42,125 bases of DNA from Bacteroidia bacterium (GTDB taxonomy: Bacteria; Bacteroidota; Bacteroidia; B-17B0; Aurantibacillaceae), in contig JAEUTR010000154.1 of NCBI GenBank assembly GCA_016787365.1, positions 1 to 42,125 of the forward strand. The letters run 5' to 3'. Position 1 is the stretch's first letter; each line of letters begins with the position of its first letter. The translations under genes were made by a program, and so were the position numbers. A model generated the notes under the pieces. The model had not been told where the DNA came from, did not search any database, and was given only the letters and a program-made list of their open reading frames with translations. This document shows, one piece after another, positions 8,027 through 19,600 of this stretch.

Positions 8027-8410
8027 ATGAAAAAGATTCACATATTAGGAATAGTTGTTATTGCGGTTGCCATAGGTGTTATTTTCACCTCTCTGCAAAG
8101 TAGTGCAACGTATTCTGATTTTGCGGAAGCGGCAGCCAATCCTGATACTGAGTATCATGTAGTAGGAAAATTAAACAAAACCGTTCCGGTGCAATACGAT
8201 CCAAAAATTAATGCAGATGAGTGTTCGTTTGTTATGTGGGATAATAAAGGAGTTGAAAAAAAAGTAGTACTTCATAAAAGTGTGCCTCAGGATTTTGAAA
8301 AATCAGAACAGATTGTACTGATAGGTAAAATGCAGGGAGATGAATTTCATGCTAATGAAATTTTAATGAAATGTCCTAGCAAATACAATGATGGCAAACC
8401 TCAGGTCTAA
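8027..8410 (+). CDS. ccmE: Cytochrome c maturation heme chaperone CcmE (CxxxY variant)
   Basis: It has an N-terminal TM anchor, 'IHILGIVVIAVAIGVIF', and an OB-fold-sized periplasmic domain. The C-terminal 'ILMKCPSKY' sits where canonical CcmE has HxxxY. I prefer the ATG at 8027 over the listed TTG at 7994. Confidence 0.75.
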   Translation: MKKIHILGIVVIAVAIGVIFTSLQSSATYSDFAEAAANPDTEYHVVGKLNKTVPVQYDPKINADECSFVMWDNKGVEKKVVLHKSVPQDFEKSEQIVLIGKMQGDEFHANEILMKCPSKYNDGKPQV

Positions 8411-8439
8411 TAAATTCACTACTACTTAATTTTACATCA

Positions 8440-11046
8440 TTGAATAATACAGCAGAATATATTACAGAACGTTTGTGGATAGGCCAGATTGGCAATGGAT
8501 TTGTTGTATTGTCCTTAATAGCAGCTTTATTTTCTGCTATTGGATATTATTTCTATTCTAAAGAAACATTAACCTCTGAATGGAAAAAATTTGCCAATGC
8601 AACTTTTACCATTCATTCTATCTCGGTTATTGGAATAGCAGCAACATTATTTTATATGTTGTTTAATCATTTTTATGAGTATTCATATGTATATCAGCAT
8701 AGTAATAATGAAATGCCTATGCAATATATTATGTCTTGCTTTTGGGAAGGGCAGGAAGGTAGTTTTTTATTATGGGCTTTTTGGAATGTAGTACTTGGAA
8801 ATATTTTACGTAAAACCATTGATGCTAAATGGGAAGCGCCAACCATGGCAATCTTTGCTTTAGTGCAGGTATTTATTGCCAGCATGTTATTGGGTATTTA
8901 TGTCGGAGATTATAAGTTAGGATCAAATCCATTTATTTTACTAAGAGAAAATCCCCAATTTGCCAATCTACCTTTTTTGCAAATAGAAAATTATTTGTCT
9001 AAGATAGATGGACGAGGATTAAATCCTTTACTAATGAATTACTGGATGACGATTCATCCGCCAACTTTATTTTTAGGCTTTTCATCTACCTTAGTTCCTT
9101 TTGTATTTGCTGTTGCGGGATTGTGGAAAAAAGATTTTACAACCTGGCAAAAGCCGGCATTGACATGGACATTTTTTAGTATCATGATTTTAGGTACCGG
9201 TATTTTAATGGGCGGAGCTTGGGCTTATGAAGCTTTGAGTTTTGGAGGTTTCTGGGCATGGGATCCTGTAGAAAACTCTTCTCTTGTTCCTTGGTTAGTG
9301 ATGGTAGGCGCAGGTCATGTGATGATTATAAATAAGAACAAAGGTGGCTCTTTATTCATGACTCACTTAATGGCTATCGCCTCTTTCTTGTTGGTATTAT
9401 ATTCTACCTTCTTAACACGTAGTGGTATTTTAGGTAAAAGTTCAGTTCATGCATTTACTGATTTAGGAATGCAGGCACAATTAGTAATTTATGTATTAAC
9501 CTTTGTGTTGATTTGTGTTGTGCTTTTAATACACGATAAATTGATTCGTGTATCCTATCTGATGGTGTCTTTCTTAATGTTGTTTGCAGGAATAATATTT
9601 GGGCATAAAGTTGCTTTACTTTTAATCTGGATTGTTATCAGTTTTGTAATTACGATTTATTCTTACATTAAATTTTTTCCTAAAGAAGAAGAAGAGGAAA
9701 GTTTGTATTCAAGAGAGTTTTGGATGTTTGTAGGCTCTTTAGTGTTTTTATTATCGTCAATGATTATTACCTATTTCACTTCTATTCCTGTAATGAATAA
9801 ATTATTTGTTGGATGGCTTTATGAAAATGAAAAAGCTCCAATTAAAATAGCAGATTATAATATATGGATGGTGCCATTTACAATTATTGCTTTGTTGTTG
9901 GTTGCTGTAACGCAATACTTCAAGTACAAAAAAACTGACCCGAAACAATTTTTAAAACACATCAGTTTATCTGGAATTTTAGCAGTTGTATTTGGTTTAT
10001 CCGCCGTAATTCCTTTATACTTTTTAAAAGATTATGCTACATCAAGTTCAGTAGAAAAATGGAATTTAATTTCTTATGCTTTGTTATTTATTTCTGCTTT
10101 ATTTGCAGTGTTCTGTAATCTGGATTATTGGATGAGGGTTTTAAAAGGTAGAACAAGACACGCAGGCTCATCTATTGCACACATTGGTTTTGCCTTAATT
10201 TTATTAGGAGCCTTAATATCTACTTCTAAAAAACAAACGATTTCTCAAAACACATCTCAAAAAAATGTAGCAAGTTTAGGAGAAAATTTTAGTGCCAAAA
10301 AAAGTTTAGTATTAACTAAAGGTGATACGTTGCCTATGGGTAATTATTTGGTAACCTATACAGGAAAAGAACGTAAAGGCATTGATGTATTTTTCCATAT
10401 GGATTATTTCAAAAAAGATGAAGATGGAAAAACAGTAAAGGCTTTTGATTTAAGGCCGATGGTACAGGATAATCCACGTATGGGACAAGCTTCTAATCCG
10501 GACACAAAACATTTTTTAAGTAACGATATTTATACGCACATTACTTATGCCGATTTATCTGACAATAAAGAAGTAAAAGCAGATGCTTACAAAGAACCTA
10601 CTAATTTTATTGGACATATGCGTGATACCATTTTTGCTGATAATGCCATTATTCTCATAGATAGTATCACAACTAATTTAACTGAAGAACAATATTCTCA
10701 AAATGATAGTTTATTAGTTGTAACGGCCGTTTTAAAAGCAACCGATATTAATGGTAAAGTTTACAGAGCAACACCAAAGTACATTTTAAAAAATAATATG
10801 GTGTTACCCGATGAATTTGAATTAAGTGAACTAGGATTAAAATTTATTTTCTGGAAAATTAATCCAAACGAAGGAAGTGTTGAAATTCAAATGAGTGAAA
10901 AAGTAAGTAATACAAAAGAGTTTGTTGTATTAGAAGCCTATATGTTCCCATTCATCAATGTACTATGGCTAGGCTGTTTAGTAATGATTATTGGTACTAT
11001 CGTTGCTATAATTGAAAGAAGACGAGTAAACGGAAAAGCAAACTAA
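8440..11046 (+). CDS. ccmF: Cytochrome c heme lyase subunit CcmF (long form)
   Basis: The WWD motif 'FGGFWAWDPVENSSLVPW' is present along with many TM helices. A hydrophilic domain (~aa 600-830) precedes a final TM helix, 'VLWLGCLVMIIGTIVAII'. The start codon is TTG. Confidence 0.85.
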   Translation: MNNTAEYITERLWIGQIGNGFVVLSLIAALFSAIGYYFYSKETLTSEWKKFANATFTIHSISVIGIAATLFYMLFNHFYEYSYVYQHSNNEMPMQYIMSCFWEGQEGSFLLWAFWNVVLGNILRKTIDAKWEAPTMAIFALVQVFIASMLLGIYVGDYKLGSNPFILLRENPQFANLPFLQIENYLSKIDGRGLNPLLMNYWMTIHPPTLFLGFSSTLVPFVFAVAGLWKKDFTTWQKPALTWTFFSIMILGTGILMGGAWAYEALSFGGFWAWDPVENSSLVPWLVMVGAGHVMIINKNKGGSLFMTHLMAIASFLLVLYSTFLTRSGILGKSSVHAFTDLGMQAQLVIYVLTFVLICVVLLIHDKLIRVSYLMVSFLMLFAGIIFGHKVALLLIWIVISFVITIYSYIKFFPKEEEEESLYSREFWMFVGSLVFLLSSMIITYFTSIPVMNKLFVGWLYENEKAPIKIADYNIWMVPFTIIALLLVAVTQYFKYKKTDPKQFLKHISLSGILAVVFGLSAVIPLYFLKDYATSSSVEKWNLISYALLFISALFAVFCNLDYWMRVLKGRTRHAGSSIAHIGFALILLGALISTSKKQTISQNTSQKNVASLGENFSAKKSLVLTKGDTLPMGNYLVTYTGKERKGIDVFFHMDYFKKDEDGKTVKAFDLRPMVQDNPRMGQASNPDTKHFLSNDIYTHITYADLSDNKEVKADAYKEPTNFIGHMRDTIFADNAIILIDSITTNLTEEQYSQNDSLLVVTAVLKATDINGKVYRATPKYILKNNMVLPDEFELSELGLKFIFWKINPNEGSVEIQMSEKVSNTKEFVVLEAYMFPFINVLWLGCLVMIIGTIVAIIERRRVNGKAN

Positions 11047-11058
11047 TTTTATAGTTAG

Positions 11059-11442
11059 TTACTCTTTTGAAACATATTGTTTTAACCACTCAACAGCTTG
11101 TTTTTCCGTTTCAAAAAATGCTGTAGGCTTAACTGGCTTATTAATTTTCATATAAAAATTTCCAATAATTCTGTGTGGTAAAAATGTCGTAACAAATGCT
11201 TCAGCACTCGAATACCTCATTCCTTCCGGGCTCGAAATAAATTTTCTTGCTTCGTTATCAATACTTGAATATTTTCCCGGAATTTTCAAAATAGGAAAAG
11301 ATTTATCTTTAGCAATTTGTTCAATCTCTTTTAATACTTCTTTTGCGTCGTTAATATTAAATTCATGATCATCTTGATAAACTATTTTAATAATACCTTT
11401 GTAAGTATCACAGTCAATCGAAAAAAATTTATTTAAACTCAT
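11059..11442 (-). CDS. Hypothetical protein, possibly with a SpoIIAA/STAS-like fold
   Basis: It is 127 aa with no signal peptide. The layout ends in '...FFETEKQAVEWLKQ', reminiscent of SpoIIAA-like DUF proteins. The assignment is weak. Confidence 0.4.
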   Translation of the reverse strand: MSLNKFFSIDCDTYKGIIKIVYQDDHEFNINDAKEVLKEIEQIAKDKSFPILKIPGKYSSIDNEARKFISSPEGMRYSSAEAFVTTFLPHRIIGNFYMKINKPVKPTAFFETEKQAVEWLKQYVSKE

Positions 11443-11545
11443 AGTTTTAAATATAACCTGCGCCGACTAAAATACATAAAATCACCTACTTATTAAAATT
11501 CTTCAATTGTCGATAATTCATATATTATATACTCAGACTTTTAAT

Positions 11546-11553
11546 TAATTTTG
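11546..11553 (+). promoter_or_regulatory. Candidate -7 promoter box (TAATTTTG)
   Basis: This is an exact TAnnTTTG match 32 nt upstream of the TTG start at 11585. Confidence 0.3.
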
Positions 11554-11584
11554 AAGCTAGCTATTTGCTTATAAAATTATTTTT

Positions 11585-12385
11585 TTGACTTATACAACAA
11601 ACATCGTTATTATCGGAACAGGCAATGTGGCTTATCATATTGCTAATTCTATTCAGTCAACTCAGGCTTTAAATTTGTTGCAGGTTTTTAACCACAGGGA
11701 TTCAAAGGAAGCAAAACAATTTTCAAAACAATTTCATTGCGATTTAGTAAGTGATTTTACGGATATAAACCCTAACGCAGATGTGTATATCATTGCTGTA
11801 AAAGATGATATTATTGCAGAGGTTGTAAAAAAAATAAAGCCTTTGAAATTAAAAGGGATTGTGGTTCATACTTCTGGAAGTGTTGATTTGCTTGTTTTAA
11901 AAACTGGAGCTAAAAATATTGGGGTATATTATCCATTACAAACATTTTATAAAGGTGCAGATATTGATTGGAAATCAACACCATTACTCATCGAAGGAAA
12001 TTCTAAATCTGTTGAAAATAAGTTAAAGCAGTTAGCTTCTTTAGTTTCAAAAAAAACAAAAGTAGTTAATTCAAAAACCAGATTACAAATACATTTAGCG
12101 GCTGTATTTGCTTGTAATTTCACCAACGCCATGTATGTATCAGCTTATGAAATTATAGAAAATAGTTTAAGTAAAAATGATACTGATTTACTGTTGCCAA
12201 TTATGCAGCATTCATTTCAAAAATTGCAAAAGGTTCATCCTAAAAAAGCGCAAACCGGTCCGGCTATGCGTAATGATAAATCAGTGATGAAAAAACATTT
12301 AGATTTAATTAATAATAATAAACAATTAACTCAGGTATATAAAACACTTTCTGATTTAATAGTTACTCAACAAAATTCAAAATAA
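11585..12385 (+). CDS. Rossmann-fold NADP-oxidoreductase-like protein (DUF2520 family)
   Basis: It has the N-terminal dinucleotide-binding motif 'VIIGTGNVAYHIA'. The size, and the position directly upstream of kdsC, fit the Bacteroidota DUF2520 family. Confidence 0.6.
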   Translation: MTYTTNIVIIGTGNVAYHIANSIQSTQALNLLQVFNHRDSKEAKQFSKQFHCDLVSDFTDINPNADVYIIAVKDDIIAEVVKKIKPLKLKGIVVHTSGSVDLLVLKTGAKNIGVYYPLQTFYKGADIDWKSTPLLIEGNSKSVENKLKQLASLVSKKTKVVNSKTRLQIHLAAVFACNFTNAMYVSAYEIIENSLSKNDTDLLLPIMQHSFQKLQKVHPKKAQTGPAMRNDKSVMKKHLDLINNNKQLTQVYKTLSDLIVTQQNSK

Positions 12386-12388
12386 TTG

Positions 12389-12901
12389 ATGGAAAATTTT
12401 AAACAAAAATTAACCCGCATTAAAACATTATTATTTGATGTAGATGGGGTGTTAACTAACGGACAAGTGTTATTAATGGAAAACGGAGAATTTGTTCGTA
12501 ACATGAATTCTAAAGATGGCTATGCTTTGCAATTAGCTGTAAAAAAAGGATACAGAATAGGTATTATAACAGGTGGAAATAGCCAAACAGTTAAAAAAGC
12601 ATTACAAAGTTTGGGTATAGAAGATGTTTTTTTAGCACAGCATGATAAATTGCAATGTTATAAAGATTATATTAATGAATATGATTTGAAGGAAGACGAA
12701 ATTTTGTACATGGGTGATGATTTACCAGATTACGAAGTTATGAAGCGAGTAGGTATAGCAACTTGTCCGCAAAACTCCGCATATGAAATAAAAGATATTT
12801 GCATTTACGTTTCCAACCGAAATGGTGGAGAGGGCTGTGTTCGTGATATTGTTGAACAAGTTATGCGTTCCCAAGGTAATTGGGAAATTGCTGGTTGGTA
12901 G
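12389..12901 (+). CDS. kdsC: KDO 8-phosphate phosphatase KdsC (HAD-IIIA, YrbI family)
   Basis: HAD motif I is 'LLFDVDGVLTNG', and 'MGDDLPD' is also present. The protein is ~170 aa. I prefer the ATG at 12389 over the adjacent TTG at 12386. Confidence 0.8.
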   Translation: MENFKQKLTRIKTLLFDVDGVLTNGQVLLMENGEFVRNMNSKDGYALQLAVKKGYRIGIITGGNSQTVKKALQSLGIEDVFLAQHDKLQCYKDYINEYDLKEDEILYMGDDLPDYEVMKRVGIATCPQNSAYEIKDICIYVSNRNGGEGCVRDIVEQVMRSQGNWEIAGW

Positions 12902-12910
12902 TATTTGTTA

Positions 12911-12930
12911 GTTCGAGCGGAGTCGAGAAC
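12911..12930 (-). repeat. Copy, in inverted orientation, of the GTTCTCGACTnCGCTCGAAC intergenic element
   Basis: The plus strand reads GTTCGAGCGGAGTCGAGAAC. Its reverse complement, GTTCTCGACTCCGCTCGAAC, differs at one position from 32601..32620. It lies between convergent kdsC and NUDIX stops. Confidence 0.6.
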
Positions 12931-12934
12931 TAAT

Positions 12935-13507
12935 TTATAATGTTTGCAACAAACCTTTATCAATTAAATACTTTACTTTAAATATTGCTGCTACACTAAT
13001 GGCATCTGTAATTTCACCTTTCATAACCATATCAAATACGTCATTAATGTGAATTTTTTTCACTGTTAAATCTTCTGTGTCTTCGGGTTCCGCTTCTTCA
13101 AAAGTTAAATCTGTTGCTAAAAACACAAAAGCATGTTCATCTGTTGCCGAATTGCTTAAATGCAGTTGCATTATTTCTTCAAACTTTTTGGCTACAATAC
13201 CTGTCTCTTCTTTCAATTCTCTGATGGCTGTTTCAATAGGAGCTTCGCCCAATGGTCCGCCACCTTCTGGAATTTCCCAGCTATAGGCATTTAAAGGATA
13301 GCGCCATTGACCCACCAACCATGTGTATCCGTCCTTACTTAGTGGTAAAATACCAATAGCTAAATTTTTATAATTTACTACACTATATAGCGCAGGATTT
13401 CCGGCGGGATTTATAGTCTGATGTTTGTTTACAGCAATCCAGGCAGATTCATAAACAAGTTCAGATGATAATGTTTGCCAGCTATTTAAAGGATTTTTGA
13501 TATTCAT
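12935..13507 (-). CDS. NUDIX hydrolase (ADP-ribose pyrophosphatase-like)
   Basis: The Nudix box is 'GGGPLGEAPIETAIRELKEETGI'. Confidence 0.8.
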   Translation of the reverse strand: MNIKNPLNSWQTLSSELVYESAWIAVNKHQTINPAGNPALYSVVNYKNLAIGILPLSKDGYTWLVGQWRYPLNAYSWEIPEGGGPLGEAPIETAIRELKEETGIVAKKFEEIMQLHLSNSATDEHAFVFLATDLTFEEAEPEDTEDLTVKKIHINDVFDMVMKGEITDAISVAAIFKVKYLIDKGLLQTL

Positions 13508-13634
13508 AAGTTTAAGATTATTAGATTCAATCAGTTAAGTATAGGTTTCACACAGTTGAATTGTTAATATTAGGGTTATTTTCTTAAATTTAGAAACCCA
13601 AACTAATTTAAATTCGTAGAAGTTAAAAATTGTT

Positions 13635-16600
13635 ATGTTGAAAAAACTGCTACTTTTTATTGCCCTTTTTGTATCCGGCATTTTTTATGCTCAATCGCTT
13701 TATTGGGTTGGAGGATCAGGCTACTGGAATGATAAAAACCATTGGTCGTTTCAGAGTGGTGGCGTTTCAGCTAACATAATTCCCGGAGCTACCTCAAACG
13801 TTATTTTTGATAATCAATCAGGAGGTCAGGATTTTGTCGTTCATATACTTCAAAATACTTCCGTTAATACAATCTCTGCTCAAAATCAATTTGTTAAGGC
13901 TGAAATTATAAGTTCACCTAATGTTGAATTAAGGGTATTTGGTGCGCTGGATTTGAATCATAAATTTTCGCTTGGAATAAACGGAATTTTAAATTTAACA
14001 CCAGATAATGATTGCGTGTATCGTATTTCGCCATTTCCTTTAAACTGTGATGTAAGAGTTAATACTAATAAAAACATAAAATTTGAATATTTAAATACTT
14101 TAAAAAGTATTTATCTATCGGGCAATTTAAAATTAAATAATTCAATTTTAATTTCAACTAATGTCTATTTTGAAAATGCATCTATTCAGTTGGATAATAG
14201 CTTTTTTCAAACATCCAATGTCATTAATTTTAATACCTCTAATTTAAGTTCAAGCCTTCAAAATCAATCTCGTTTTATTTGTAAAAAATCAAATTTATCT
14301 CAGGAATCTATAAGAATATTAACATCAGCACCTGGAGTCAATTTGGCTAAAATGGCTGATTGTGTTGCCGTGGTGGGAACCCCAACGAATGTTAGTTGTA
14401 ATGCCACATGCGATGGCGTTGTTGTTTTTGATATGACGGGATGCGCCACACCTACCGGACCTTATGATATACAATGGTTGAATACAAATGCAGCTTGTCA
14501 GTCATTACCTGCGGCTGAAATTGGTTATTCTGGAACTACATATTCTATCAATACAGTTTGTGATTGTGTTACGCCTTACATTGTAATCTTTACAAACAAT
14601 ACAACGGGGGAACAATCTTTTCCTCAAGCGTTAGTGGGCAAACAACCTAGACCACTATTAAATATTACATCTGTAAATCCCAATTGTTTTTCTAATTGTG
14701 ATGGACAGATAAGAACCCAAATATTATCTGGATCGCCACCTATAAGCGTTAGTTATAACCCACCTAACATTAGCCATACAGGCATTGGTTTAGGAGGAAG
14801 AGATACCTTAAAAAATGCCTGTTCCGGAACTTATACCATAGTTGCAACCGGAAGCGACGGATGTTTAAATACTTTTACAAGAACTTTAACTCAACCTCAG
14901 GTGCTGTTGACAAATGGTTCTAGTAGTAGTATAACATGTAATGGAGTGTGTAATGGTTCTGCAACAGTGTCCCCCACCGGAGGAACTTCACCATATACTT
15001 ATACTTGGGTTCCTGCAACATCCAATACTACTACAATTGCTAATTTGTGTCCGGGCGTTGTTACAATGACAATGACTGACACTAAATCTTGTACGGCAAC
15101 CTACTCGGCAAATATTGTTCAACCTCCAGCAGTGACTTTAACAGTTACCAAAACGGATTTAAATTGCAGAAATATTTGTAATGGAACAGCTTCCGTTACA
15201 GCTACAGGAGGAATAGGTGGATTTACTTATTCATGGTCTCCTAGTGGAGGAACGACTTCTCAGGCAACAGGATTATGTGCTGGAAATTATACTTGTACAG
15301 TTACTAATAATGTCAATTGTGTTCAAACAATTACAGTAGATATATTATCTCCACCAACTTTAACTGCTACCCCAACTCAAACTAATGTATTGTGTAATGC
15401 AGTTTGTAGCGCTTCCGTTAATTTAAATCCGGCTGGAGGATCTCCCGGGTATACTTATACTTGGACAGCAGCAGTTTCAACGGGTTCGTTGGCTAATAAT
15501 CTATGTGCAGGAGTATATAGTTATACAATTGGAGATGTATTAGGATGTCAGTATACTAATTCGGTTACTATCACAGAGCCGCCTGCAACTACTTTAACAA
15601 TTGCAAATACCAGTATTACTTGTAACGGAGCGTGCAACGGAACCGCTACTGGAAATATGAGTGGAGGTGCAGGTTCATATACCTATAGTTGGTCTCCGGG
15701 AAATCCTACGGGTCAAGCAACTGCTACTGTTACAGGATTATGCCCTGGAACGTATACCTTAAGAGTTACAGATGGCAATGGATGTTCTATTTCCAGAACA
15801 ACAGTTATTACTCAACCAACACAAATCGCCGTAAATGTAACTTCTGTATCGCCAACGTGTAATGGTGTTTGTGACGGTTCTATTAACTCTAATCCTTCCG
15901 GAGGAAGTGCACCTTATTCTTTTACATTACAACCAACATCCGGAGCTCCCATCACATCAAATCCGCCTTTTACAAATTTATGTGCCGGAATTTTTACACT
16001 TACTGTAAGAGATAATAATGGTTGCGCAAGAACACAAACCATTAATTTAACACAGCCAAATCCTATATTACTAACTTTAAATGCTACTTCCATTAACTGC
16101 TTTAACCAATGTAATGCTACTATTTCATCTGTTGTAAATGGAGGGTCTCCTGTATATACATTTACATGGAGTTCAGGAGGAACAGGAAATTCAATTAGTA
16201 ATCAGTGTGCAGGTGTACAAACGGCTACAGTAACAGATGCTAATGGATGTAGGGCGTCAAGTTCCGTTACCATTACTTCGCGTCCGGATTTAACAGTAAG
16301 TATTACTCCTACAAATCCTAATTGTAACGCTCAATGTACCGGTATAGCTACTACATCAGTCAGTGGAGGCACGCCTAATTATACTATTAACTGGAATAAT
16401 GGAGGTGCGGGAAACATCATTAATAATTTATGTCAGGGAGTATATACAGCTACAGTTACCGATTTTTTTGGATGTATCAAAACTCAAACAGTTGCTATTG
16501 TTACTCCACCGGCAATAACTTTAACAACAACAAATGGAACGGTTAGTTGTGCAGGTTCTTGTAATGGAATAGTTTCTGTTACATCAACAGGAGGGACAGC

Positions 16601-19600
16601 AGGATATTTTTATAGTTGGAATTCAACTCCTGCTCAAGCTACTCAAAGTGCTAATGGATTGTGTGCTGGAAATTACGTGGTGAGTGTTACAGATGCTCAG
16701 GGATGTATAGCCTCTTCGGTTGCTAACGTGTCACAGCCTGCTGCTTTAACATCTTCTGTTAGCAATGTTTTACCAAGTTGTAATGTTTGTATAGGTTCTG
16801 CAACAGCTCATGGCATTGGTGGAACAGCTCCTTATACTTATTCATGGTCTCCGGGAGGGCAAACTACTCAAACAGCAAATAATTTATGTGTAGGAATTCA
16901 AACGGTTACAGTTACAGATAGTAGAGGATGTACTTCTACACAAACATTACAAATTAACCAAACAGTTATTATTCTGGCAACTACAAATGGTAGTACTTTA
17001 ACCTGTAATGGGGCTTGCAATGGTGTGGCTACAGCAAACCCTTCAGGAGGTATTGGCCCGTATACATATTCTTGGTCTCCTGCACCTGTTCAAACTACTC
17101 AAACGGCAACGGGGCTGTGTGCAGGTATTCATACAGTTATGGTTTCTGATGCTAATGGATGTACAAATACAAGTACAGTTAACTTTGTAAATCCTCCTGC
17201 AATTACGCTTAACGTTAATCAAACAAATGTAACATGTAATAGTTTATGTGATGGGGTAGCAACAGCAACTGCTAGTGGAGGCACAGGTGTTATATCTTAT
17301 GTGTGGCAACCTGGAGGATCAACTTCTCCTTCTATTTCAGGGCTATGTGCCGGAAATTATACGGTAACAGCTACAGATATAAATAATTGTTCTCAAACTC
17401 AGGTAGTAACTATCACTCAAAATAGTTCATTGGCTGCCAGTTTCACATTTACTAATCCAACAACTTGTACTTCTTCTGACGGAAGTATTAGTGCGGTAAT
17501 CAGTGGAGGAACTCCGGCATATACGTTTACATGGATGCCGGGAAATTTCACAACAAATCCCTTAATAAATTTAGCTGCAGGAACTTACTCTTTATATGTA
17601 AATGATGCGGCAGGATGTACCCAAACTATAGTTACAACTTTAAGTAATCCAACAGGACCTACAGTTACTGTTACTTCTAATTCAGTTTCTTGTTTTGGTT
17701 CCTGTACAGGATCGGCTACACTTTCAATAACAGGCTCAGCCCCTTTTAGCGTAAATGGTAGTGCAATCCCTTCAAATACAACTGCTATATCAGGTTTATG
17801 TGCGGGTAATTTTATTTCAGTAATTACCGACGCTAATACTTGTGTTACAAATCAATTAATAAACATCGCTCAGCCAACTCCATTTACTGCTACCGGAGTT
17901 GTAGTTAACGAAACTTGTAATGCTGCTTGTAATGGAGCTATTAATTTATCTCCTTCAGGAGGAACACCTGGATATTCTTATACATGGTCCCCTTCGGGAG
18001 GATTTGTTCAGGATCCAACTAGCTTATGTGCTAATAATTATTCTGTTAATATTTCTGATGCTAACGGATGTAGTATTACACAAACATTTGTTGTAACTCA
18101 ACCATCTACTGTAACATTAAGCTTTAATAAAAAAGATGTTTTATGTAGTGGAGATTGTACAGGAGGAGTGAGAGCAATTGTATCAGGAGGAACCAGTCCT
18201 TATAGTTATTCTTGGATACCTTCGGGTTCGTTTGCAGGATCAAATATTGACACTTTGGTTAATTTATGTTCCGGGATTTATACCGTGAATGTGACCGATG
18301 CCAGTGGCTGTGTTATTTCCGGAACTGTGGATATTGGACAGCCTTTGGCATTAACTTCTACTATAACAGCTATAAATATTAAATGTCATGGTCAATGTAA
18401 TGGTTCGGCGGTAATTAATGCAAGTGGGGGAACACTACCTTACACTTATAATTACAATACGACGCCCGTTACTCCAACTCAAACAATTAATGGATTATGT
18501 GTAGGTACATACACAGGTATTGTTTCAGATGCTAATGGTTGTACAAACTCTGTAAATTTTAGCATCACAGAACCATTGCCAATAGTTGTAACAACAACTA
18601 TCAGTAATCCAAGATGTAATGCCGTATGTAATGGCAGTGTTGCAACAACAGTTACAGGTGGAAATCCGAATTATAACTATAACTGGATTCCTAGCGGTGG
18701 ACCGGTGCCTAATCCTACAGGATTATGTGCGGGAAATTATACACTTGTCGTTACCGATGATAGTTTGTGTACAGGACAGGCATTAGTTGTATTAACAGAT
18801 CCTGCGGCACTTATTGCAAATACATCTTTTACAAATCCAACATGTAATGCAGGATGCGATGGAATTGTTTCTGCTAATCCAATTGGTGGAACGGCACCTT
18901 TTTCATATTCGTGGTCAACACCTGTTTTTACAACACAAACAGTTTCTAATTTATGTGCGGGAATATATACCATTACATTGTCAGATGCTAATTCTTGTCA
19001 AAGTATTCAAACGGTAACATTAACAAATCCTCCCGCAATAGCTATAAATCCTGCATTAATACCAGCTACTTGTGGATTCAGTAACGGTAGTATAAATGCA
19101 GTGGCGGCTTCGGGAGTAGCACCATATACTTATAATTGGTTGGACCCTATTTTGGCAGGACAATCTACAAATACAATGGTTACCGGAATTCCGGCAGGAA
19201 CATATACACTAGTAGTAACTGATGCTGATGGTTGTTCTACTTCAAGTGTTATTGCTTTGAGTAACTCAAATGGCCCTGGTGGCGCAGCTTTTACGACTAC
19301 AAATGTTGCTTGTAATGGACAGTGTAATGGGGCAGCAGAAATTTCTAATCCGTTTGGTGGAACGGCTCCATATATTATGAGTTGGATAAATCCTGCTTCG
19401 GCAAGTGCATCTGTTACGGCACTATGTGCAGGTGTATATACAGCTCGATTGGAAGATGCAAATAATTGTTTATTCTTTCAATCAGTTACTATTACAGAAC
19501 CACAATCAATAGATGATAATGAAATTATTGTGAGCGCAGCTTGTTTAGGAAATTGTAATGGAAGTATTGCCGTAACTCCATCAGGTGGAAACGGAGGTTA

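Noticed and set aside
12911-12930. GTTCGAGCGGAGTCGAGAAC resembles a tRNA T-arm (GTTCGA...).
   Set aside because: The flanking 70-90 nt have no acceptor, D or anticodon stems and are AT-rich spacer and coding sequence. The same motif recurs as a dispersed repeat.
13508-13634. Short inverted repeats (ATTCAA/TTGAAT, TAAATTT/AAATTTA-like) upstream of the giant adhesin gene could form an invertible-promoter switch.
   Set aside because: The repeats are only 6-7 nt and almost pure A/T, which is expected by chance in this spacer. No recombinase gene is adjacent.
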